Below, piece by piece: positions 48,838 through 55,678 of a stretch of DNA of 64,000 nucleotides (its first letter is position 1; the number at the start of each line of letters is the position of its first letter). The DNA is from Candidatus Marinacidobacterium sp. Lineage in GTDB: Bacteria > Acidobacteriota > Vicinamibacteria > Marinacidobacterales > Marinacidobacteraceae. Both the position numbers and the translations under genes were made by a program. Under the pieces are notes generated by a model. That model was not told the origin of the DNA, made no database searches, and was given only the letters and a program-made list of their open reading frames with translations. The stretch is from assembly GCA_965220965.1 (NCBI GenBank), contig OZ244852.1, positions 1,888,001 to 1,952,000 on the forward strand. The letters are read 5' to 3'.

Positions 48838-49155
48838 GTGTCCACCTCCTCGTTCTCTCTGCGCGCCGCGGCGCTCCTCGGCGTCGTCGCAGCGATCCAG
48901 GGGATCGCGCCCGATGTCGCCACCGCCCAGTGCTCGATGTGCGTGACCGCGCTCGAGCAGAACCCGGAGGCGGCGGCCGGCTTCAACCGGGCGATCCTGT
49001 TCCTGCTGGCCATGCCCTACGCCGTCTTCGGCTCGCTGGCGGGGTACGTCGTGCTCTCCCGCCGTCGGCGGGCGGCGCGCAGCCAGCCGGAAGCGGCCGC
49101 CAGGCCGGCGGGGGCCCAGGCCCTTCCGGACGGGGCTCTCCCCGAAGCGACCTGA
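48838..49155 (+). CDS. Small oxidase-operon-associated membrane protein with AQCSMC motif
   Basis: Signal-like N-terminus, AQCSMC, then GFNRAILFLLAMPY TM. Last gene of the cox cluster. Confidence 0.7.
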   Translation: MSTSSFSLRAAALLGVVAAIQGIAPDVATAQCSMCVTALEQNPEAAAGFNRAILFLLAMPYAVFGSLAGYVVLSRRRRAARSQPEAAARPAGAQALPDGALPEAT

Positions 49156-49169
49156 GCCGGCGGCGCTGA

Positions 49170-49185
49170 GCCGCCCCGGGGCGGC
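49170..49185. terminator. Perfect palindrome between convergent genes (possible bidirectional terminator)
   Basis: gccgcccc-ggggcggc. Confidence 0.3.
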
Positions 49186-49198
49186 CCCGCCCGACGCC

Positions 49199-50221
49199 CT
49201 ACTCGTCGGTCCGCAGCGCGTAGTAGCCGTTCCGGGTGCGCGCCGTAAGGCCGTCGCGGCCCCGGACGCGGACCCGCACCTCGCGCCAGGAGCCGTCGCG
49301 CTCGGCGTTGCTCGGGACGTAGGCCAGCCGGTACTGCGCGTGGAGGTCCTCTTCGATCTGCCGGAAGCTGCCGATCAGATCCCCGGTTCGCTCGGGAAAG
49401 AGCGCCTGCCCCCCGGTCTCCGAGGTCAGCCGCCGGAGGAAGCGCTTGTTCACCCGCGCGCCGTTCCCTTCGAATCCGATGGCGTAGACCACCGCATCGG
49501 TCATCCGCGCCGCCTCGATGGCGTCGCCGGCGCTCAACTCGCTGCCGAAGCCCATGGCCCGGGAGTCATCGCCGTCGGTGAAGATCAGGAGCGCCTTCCG
49601 ATCCCCGTCCGCGAAGTGCAGGCGCTCGAGCGCCATGATCGACGCGTCATACAGGGCGGTCGGACCGAGGGGGTTGAGCGCCAGTATGCTGGACGTCAGC
49701 CGACGACGGTCTTCGGTGAACTCGGAACTGAACCGGACGCGGTCGTTGAACTCGCCGATCATGGCGCGGTCGCCTTCCCACAGCCGGTCCACGAAGGTCG
49801 CCGCCGCCTCCTTCACGTAGTCGAGGCTCGCCCGCATGCTCAGCGAGGCGTCGAGGAGCACGATGAGCGTGAGAGGGGCGGCTTCGGCGGCGAAGAAGGT
49901 GAGCTCCTGCCGCGCCCCATCCTCGAAGACCTCGAAGTCGGAAGCCTCGAGCCCGGAGACGAAGCGCCCCCGGTCGTCCGTCACCGAGACGCCCAGGCTG
50001 ACAGCCCCGACCTGCACCTGGATGCGGAAGGGATCCTGCCCCTCCTGGCCCGCCGCGGGCATCGCAACGAGGGCCGCGATCACGGCGCCGGCGAACGCCG
50101 CCACCCCGCTCCGCGGGACCGCCGGCCGCCTCGGGGTCGGCCCGCATCCATGAGAAGGCGTCAGGTCTCGATCATCCACAGTGGCTGGCTCCGTGCTCGT
50201 TCGGCGGGGCGGAGCAGACAT
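49199..50221 (-). CDS. Secreted VWA domain protein (acidobacterial VWFA-related type)
   Basis: VSVTD..GRFVSGL...DF.VFEDG, MIDAS LDASLS, TALYDA, FTDGDD, ETGG, QYRLAY, TRNGYYA. The start is uncertain. Confidence 0.88.
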   Translation of the reverse strand: MSAPPRRTSTEPATVDDRDLTPSHGCGPTPRRPAVPRSGVAAFAGAVIAALVAMPAAGQEGQDPFRIQVQVGAVSLGVSVTDDRGRFVSGLEASDFEVFEDGARQELTFFAAEAAPLTLIVLLDASLSMRASLDYVKEAAATFVDRLWEGDRAMIGEFNDRVRFSSEFTEDRRRLTSSILALNPLGPTALYDASIMALERLHFADGDRKALLIFTDGDDSRAMGFGSELSAGDAIEAARMTDAVVYAIGFEGNGARVNKRFLRRLTSETGGQALFPERTGDLIGSFRQIEEDLHAQYRLAYVPSNAERDGSWREVRVRVRGRDGLTARTRNGYYALRTDE

Positions 50222-50505
50222 TGTGCCGGCTTCCCGCGCCGTGGCGCCACCCCCCGGGGCGCAGACCGTCGCACGCAAGATCCCGGCCACCGGCGCCCCT
50301 CGCCCGCCCGGTTTGCCCCGTTCGCCGCGCCGTCCTAAAATTCGTGGCTCCGGGGGCGTCATCGCCCCTGTGCGACCGCGCTCCGCCGCATCCGGTCCGG
50401 GCCCTGAAGCCGCGGTGCGGCGCTGGTTCCATCTGTCCGGGCGGCGGACCGCCCGAGTTTCATTCCCTCCCCCAGATCCCCCACGGAGGTTCCATCTCAG
50501 TCACC

Positions 50506-51306
50506 ATGGTCCCGACAGCCTCTCAACTCGCGCTCCGCGCTTTCCTTCTGCTGCCCGCCACCGGGCTGCTCCTCGCCGGATGTGGCGGGGGCGACGATTC
50601 CGGATCGGACGCCGCCATGCCCGCTCCGGTCGCGATGACCACCGTGGATCCGGCGACCGCCGGGACGATTACCGGCAGGGTCATGTTCGACGGCGAGGTT
50701 CCGCCGGCCGACGCGATCCAGATGGCCGCCGATCCCAACTGCGCCCGGATGCATGACTCCGCGGTCATGACCGAGTTCGTGGTCACCGACGCGGAGGGCA
50801 ACCTCCAGAACACCTTCTTGTACATCAAGGAGGGCCTCGAGGACATGCGGTTCCCGACCCCGACGGAGCCGGTGGTTCTCAACCAGGAAGGCTGCATCTA
50901 CCTGCCGCACGTCTTCGGAATCCAGGTCGGACAGCCGCTGAACATCCTGAACAGCGACCAGACCCTCCACAACATCCACGCGACCCCGAGCGCGAACCAG
51001 GAGTTCAACATCGGCCAGCCGGTCCAGGGCATGAGCACCACCCGCACCTTCGATTCGGTCGAGGTCATGGTGCCGTTCAAGTGCGATGTCCATCGCTGGA
51101 TGAACAGCTACGTGGGCGTGCTGGACCACCCCTACTTCGCGGTCAGCGGCCCGGATGGCTCGTTCACGATCGGCAACGTCCCGCCGGGGACCTACCTGCT
51201 CGGCGCCTGGCACGAGCGCTACGGCGAAATGGACGTGGAGGTCACGGTGCCTCCGTCCGGCGCCGGCGAAGCCAGCTTCACCTTCACCCCGCCGACCGAG
51301 GAATAG
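50506..51306 (+). CDS. Lipoprotein with cupredoxin-like domain and carboxypeptidase-regulatory-like domain
   Basis: Lipobox LLAGC, NSDQTLHNIH, KCDVHRWM, HPYFAVS..DGSFTIGNVPPGTY..AWHE. Confidence 0.85.
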   Translation: MVPTASQLALRAFLLLPATGLLLAGCGGGDDSGSDAAMPAPVAMTTVDPATAGTITGRVMFDGEVPPADAIQMAADPNCARMHDSAVMTEFVVTDAEGNLQNTFLYIKEGLEDMRFPTPTEPVVLNQEGCIYLPHVFGIQVGQPLNILNSDQTLHNIHATPSANQEFNIGQPVQGMSTTRTFDSVEVMVPFKCDVHRWMNSYVGVLDHPYFAVSGPDGSFTIGNVPPGTYLLGAWHERYGEMDVEVTVPPSGAGEASFTFTPPTEE

Positions 51307-51377
51307 GACCAGCAGCAACCCCTGTCCCGGAGCGGCGGCGCCACTCCGGGACGGGCGCCGCCGCTACACTCGCGGAC

Positions 51378-51956
51378 ATGGTCCCCGCGTCGGCGCCGGA
51401 AGCCTCGGGCGACGAAATCACCGGCTCGACCACCGTCTTCTCCGGCAGCCTGTTGCGCGTGCGCGTTGAACAGGTCCTGACCCCGGCGAACGCCGGGGCG
51501 CCGAGGCGGACGGTCCGCCGCGAGACCGTGGCGCACCCCGGAGCGGTGGCCGTCGTGGCCGTCACCAGGGCCGGCGAGCTCGTCCTGGTGCGCCAGTACC
51601 GGCACGCGGCGCGGCGTCACCTGCTCGAGATTCCGGCGGGAACGCGCGAGCCCGGCGAGCGACCGGAGGAAACGGCGCTCCGCGAGCTCCGGGAAGAAAC
51701 CGGATACAAGGCCGAGTCGCTCCATCCTCTCGGCTCGTTCTTCACCGCCCCGGGCTACTGCACCGAGGAGATCTTCCTCTTCCGGGCGGAGGGCCTGACC
51801 GCCGGAACGCCCGACCCGGACCCCGGGGAGGACATCGAGGTCGTGCTTCTCGCGCTTCCCGAGGCGCGCCGCCGGCTGCGGGACGGAGAATTCCGGGACG
51901 CGAAGACGCTCGCCGGGCTGGCGGCGCTGTTCCTGGGGAAGGAGGAAGCCGCATGA
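51378..51956 (+). CDS. NUDIX hydrolase (ADP-ribose pyrophosphatase-like)
   Basis: HPGAV, RQYR, Nudix box EIPAG..E..EETALRELREETG, TAPG, DAKT. Confidence 0.92.
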   Translation: MVPASAPEASGDEITGSTTVFSGSLLRVRVEQVLTPANAGAPRRTVRRETVAHPGAVAVVAVTRAGELVLVRQYRHAARRHLLEIPAGTREPGERPEETALRELREETGYKAESLHPLGSFFTAPGYCTEEIFLFRAEGLTAGTPDPDPGEDIEVVLLALPEARRRLRDGEFRDAKTLAGLAALFLGKEEAA

Positions 51957-52510
51957 CGCTCTCCCGGTTCCGGCCGCTGCGATGCGCCGGCCTGGCGGTC
52001 GGTCTGGCCCTGGCGCTCGGAAGCTGCGCCGAGCGGCCCGAACCGCCGGTTCCGGGCGGAATCGCTCCCGGCTTCGAACTGCTCGACATGGAGGGCCAGC
52101 CGCACCGGCTGGCGGACTTCGCCGGGCGGGTCGTGGTGCTGAACTTCTGGGCCACCTGGTGTCCTCCGTGCGTCGAGGAGATGCCCTCGCTCCAGCGCCT
52201 CGAGGACCTGCTGGAGGAGGAGGGCCTGTCGGTCGTGGCCATCTCGGTCGACGAACGCCTCGCCGACGTCCCCGCCTTCGTCGAGGAGCACGAACTGCGT
52301 TTCCTGGTTCTCCACGATCTGGGGAAGCGGGTCTCGCGCCGCTACGAGGTGTTCCAGTTTCCCGAGACCTGGATCATCGGTCGGGACGGCCGTCTGGTCT
52401 CCCGGGTGATCGGCGCGCGGGACTGGTCGGCGCCCGCCTCGCTCCGCGTCTTCCGTGACCTGCTCTCGCCGGAGGCCGCGTCCCCCGCCACCTCGGCGGG
52501 CGCGAACTGA
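51953..52510 (+). CDS. TlpA/ResA-like thiol-disulfide reductase lipoprotein
   Basis: Lipobox LGSC, LNFWATWCPPCVEEMP, FPET cis-Pro loop. Confidence 0.92.
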   Translation: MTLSRFRPLRCAGLAVGLALALGSCAERPEPPVPGGIAPGFELLDMEGQPHRLADFAGRVVVLNFWATWCPPCVEEMPSLQRLEDLLEEEGLSVVAISVDERLADVPAFVEEHELRFLVLHDLGKRVSRRYEVFQFPETWIIGRDGRLVSRVIGARDWSAPASLRVFRDLLSPEAASPATSAGAN

Positions 52511-52649
52511 ACGCGAGCTACAATAAAGGGTTGCAAAGAGCCCGGCTCACGGGCTCCCGGAGCGCTGTAACCCGAACTCCGACGAGGCCGTCGGAGCGCG
52601 CGGCGCTCCGGCTTGAGCGTTCACCCGCGCGCGTAGGGGGAGGAACCCG

Positions 52650-52949
52650 TTGAAGATCGAAGAGTCCAGCCCTTTCATGCAGGTCAACGCCGTCGCCCAG
52701 CGGGTGCGCCAGTTGACCCTCGGCTCGGCGGCGCGAGTCAAGACGAACTCCCGCCGGCCGACGGCCATCGCGCTCACCGAGCTCCGGGCGGGAAAGATCG
52801 AGGTCTACGACCCGGCGGAGGCCGAGGCGATCCTCGCCGATCCCTCCGAGAGCGAAGAGGCGGACCCCGGCGCCGTCGAGGCGGCGCGCGAGGGCTTCGA
52901 GGAAATCTTCGACGACGCCGTCCCCGAGCCCGCCGCCGAAGAAGCCTGA
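52650..52949 (+). CDS. rpoZ: DNA-directed RNA polymerase subunit omega
   Basis: GGAGG SD plus TTG; SPF..V..VAQRVRQL..G, RPTAIALTE, acidic tail. Confidence 0.8.
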   Translation: MKIEESSPFMQVNAVAQRVRQLTLGSAARVKTNSRRPTAIALTELRAGKIEVYDPAEAEAILADPSESEEADPGAVEAAREGFEEIFDDAVPEPAAEEA

Positions 52950-53066
52950 TCCCGGCGACGGACGGGCGCCTGTTCGCGGCGCCCGGTCCCGTCAGCGACC
53001 GGTCCCGGCGCAGCGCCGATTCCCCGGCGCATCCCGACGCTCCCGGCGTCTGAGGGGGACGCGTCC

Positions 53067-54299
53067 ATGAAGATCCCGTCGCGCGGACCGCTGGGGGAGA
53101 GCGGCCGGATCGGAGAGATCGACGTTCTCCGCGGGTTCGCGCTGCTCGGCATCCTGGTCGTGAACATCCAGGCCTTCGCGATGCCGACGCCGGCGCTCTT
53201 CAACCCAACCGCATATGGGGACCTGGAAGGGGGCAACCTGGCGGTCTGGCTCGCCACCCGGATGCTCGCCGAACAGAAGTTCATGGGCATCTTCTCGATG
53301 CTGTTCGGCGCCGGGATCGTCCTGATGGCGCAGCGCGCGGAACCGGGGGGAGGCGGGCGGCGCATCCACTACCGGCGCATGAGCCTGCTGGCGGGTATCG
53401 GCCTGCTCCACGCCTACCTGCTGTGGGCCGGCGACATCCTGTTCCTCTACGCGGTGTGCGGGATGCTCGTCTACCCGCTCCGGCGCCAGCCCCCGGGCCG
53501 CCTGCTCCTCCTGGGAACCGCCCTCCTCGCGGTCGCCTCGGCGTACTCCATCGCCTCGGGTCTGTCGCTTCCCTACTGGCCGGAAGAGCTCCGGGCCAGC
53601 GTGACCGCCGAGGCGTGGCGCCCCACCGCCGCCGTTCGGGGCGAAGAGCTCGCCGCCTACCGTGGCGGCTGGCTCGAAGCGCAGCCGCTGCGGAGCGCTC
53701 AGGCGCTGGAGTTCCAGACATTTCTCCTGCTCACCTGGGGGCTCTGGCGCGCCGGCGGGATGATGCTGCTCGGGATGGCGCTGTTTCGCTTCGGGGCGTT
53801 CGGCGCCTCCGGCTCGGCGCGCCTCCACGCGGCGCTGATCGCGGGCGCGGCGGTGATCGGTTTCCCGCTGCAGGCGTACGGCCTCTGGCTCGACTTCGCG
53901 GGCGGCTGGCCGCTCGCGTCGCTCTTCCTCGGGGCGCAGTTCGTCTACTGGCCCAGCGTGGTGGTGAGTCTCGGCTACGTCTCGGCGGTCATGCTGGCCT
54001 GCCGGACCGCGGCGCTCCGGTGGGTCACCGTTCCGCTCGCGGCCGTCGGGCGGACCGCGCTGACGAACTATCTGCTCCAGACCATCCTCTGCACGACGGT
54101 GTTCTACGGCCACGGCCTTGGCTGGTTCGGCTCGGTGGACCGGGTGGGGCAGTCCGGCGTGGTCGCGGCCGTCTGGGCCATCCAGCTCGCGGCTTCATCG
54201 CTGTGGCTCCGGTGGTTCCGTTTCGGCCCGGCGGAATGGGCCTGGCGGGCTCTCACCTACGGCATCCGCCCCCCGATGCGGCGGACGCCCGCCGCCTGA
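53067..54299 (+). CDS. DUF418 (YeiB-like) membrane protein
   Basis: RI..IDVLRGFALLGIL, KFMGIFSMLFG, WAGDIL, VGRTALTNYLLQT, FRFGPAEW.WR. Confidence 0.9.
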   Translation: MKIPSRGPLGESGRIGEIDVLRGFALLGILVVNIQAFAMPTPALFNPTAYGDLEGGNLAVWLATRMLAEQKFMGIFSMLFGAGIVLMAQRAEPGGGGRRIHYRRMSLLAGIGLLHAYLLWAGDILFLYAVCGMLVYPLRRQPPGRLLLLGTALLAVASAYSIASGLSLPYWPEELRASVTAEAWRPTAAVRGEELAAYRGGWLEAQPLRSAQALEFQTFLLLTWGLWRAGGMMLLGMALFRFGAFGASGSARLHAALIAGAAVIGFPLQAYGLWLDFAGGWPLASLFLGAQFVYWPSVVVSLGYVSAVMLACRTAALRWVTVPLAAVGRTALTNYLLQTILCTTVFYGHGLGWFGSVDRVGQSGVVAAVWAIQLAASSLWLRWFRFGPAEWAWRALTYGIRPPMRRTPAA

Positions 54300-54333
54300 G
54301 CTCGCGGCCCCGCGTCGGGCATACTCTGTGGCC

Positions 54334-55668
54334 ATGAGTGAGACCCCCATCACCGCCCGCCGGCTTCGCACGCTCGGCATCCTCGCGATCCTGACGGCGC
54401 TGGCGCCGACCGCGGCGACAGCGAAGCCCGAAGCCCGCATCCGCTGGGAGCGGATGTGCCAGATCCGGGCGGACAAGTTCGATCTCATCCTGCCGGAGGC
54501 GATGCGCGAGAACTCCGTGGACATGTGGATCACGGTGATGAAGGAGGGCCTCCGCGACCCGCTCTGGGAGGACCTCGGGCGCGGCTACATCGGAAACATC
54601 GGCTACTACATCTTCACCGACCGCGGCGGCGACCGGATCGAACGCGTCGCCATCGGCGTCTCCGGCTACAAGCTGGAGAAGTGCGGGGTCTACGACGAGG
54701 TGCTCTCCGGGGTCGATCTCGCCGCCTTCGTCGCGGAACGCGACCCGCAGCGCATCGGCGTCAACATGTCGCGGAGCATCGGCGCCGCCGACGGCCTGTC
54801 GCACACGAGCTGGCTCCACCTGCGGGAGACGCTGGGCGAGCCCTACGCCGACCGGATGGTCTCCGCGGAGAAACTGATCTCGGACTTCCGCTCCCGGCGG
54901 GTGGCGAGCGAGATCGTCGCCTTCGGCGAGGCCGGCGAGTGGTCCCGGAAGATCGCCGAGCGGGCGTTCTCCAACGAGGTCATCACGCCGGGAATCACCG
55001 CGCTCGAGGACGTGGCGTGGTGGATCGAGGAACGGCTTCTCGAAAACGGCTTCGGAACGTCCTTCGGGCTGCCCTCGATCTACATCACCGGCCCCAACGG
55101 AATCGAGGCCACATCAAACGAGCGGATCATCCAGCGCGGCGATCTGCTGATGATCGACTGGGGAGTCGGCTACCTGAACTTCTTCACCGACATGAAGCGG
55201 ATCGCCTATGTCCTGAAGGACGGCGAGACCGCCGCCCCACCGGGGATCCAGAACGCCTTCGACCGCGGGCGCGCCGCGCGGGACGTGATCCGGCGAACGA
55301 TCCGGCCGGGACCGACCGCCGGCGCCATGCTGGAACGACTGGGCGAGGCCCTGACCGAGGCGGGCTTCCAGATGATCGAGTTCAACCAGCCCACCGACGA
55401 TGACACGACGGACGTCGTCGTCGGGTGCCACTCCGTCGGGAACCTCGGCCACGGCATCGGCCCCTCGATCGCCTGGTTCAACCCGACCCGGCTGGAGTAC
55501 GAGATCAGGCCCACCAACATGTTCGCGATCGAGCTGTTCGCCTATACGAAAGCCGAGGAGTTCGGCGGGGCCAAGGTCCGCATCCCGCTCGAGGACGACG
55601 CGATCGTGACGGAACGCGGCGTCGAGTGGTTCTACCCGGCGAACGACCGGATCCTGCTGATCCGATAA
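54334..55668 (+). CDS. Secreted M24 family (Xaa-Pro) metallopeptidase
   Basis: Signal peptide; pita-bread ligands IDWG, TDMKR, HSVG..GH, AIE, LEDD. Confidence 0.85.
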   Translation: MSETPITARRLRTLGILAILTALAPTAATAKPEARIRWERMCQIRADKFDLILPEAMRENSVDMWITVMKEGLRDPLWEDLGRGYIGNIGYYIFTDRGGDRIERVAIGVSGYKLEKCGVYDEVLSGVDLAAFVAERDPQRIGVNMSRSIGAADGLSHTSWLHLRETLGEPYADRMVSAEKLISDFRSRRVASEIVAFGEAGEWSRKIAERAFSNEVITPGITALEDVAWWIEERLLENGFGTSFGLPSIYITGPNGIEATSNERIIQRGDLLMIDWGVGYLNFFTDMKRIAYVLKDGETAAPPGIQNAFDRGRAARDVIRRTIRPGPTAGAMLERLGEALTEAGFQMIEFNQPTDDDTTDVVVGCHSVGNLGHGIGPSIAWFNPTRLEYEIRPTNMFAIELFAYTKAEEFGGAKVRIPLEDDAIVTERGVEWFYPANDRILLIR

Positions 55669-55678
55669 GGAGACCTCC

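Noticed and set aside
52550-52612. SAH riboswitch upstream of rpoZ
   Set aside because: Only the GAGCGCUG/CGGCGCUC pairing resembles it. The P1/CCAGGCUC elements and methyl-cycle gene context are missing. Kept only as an unassigned structured leader.
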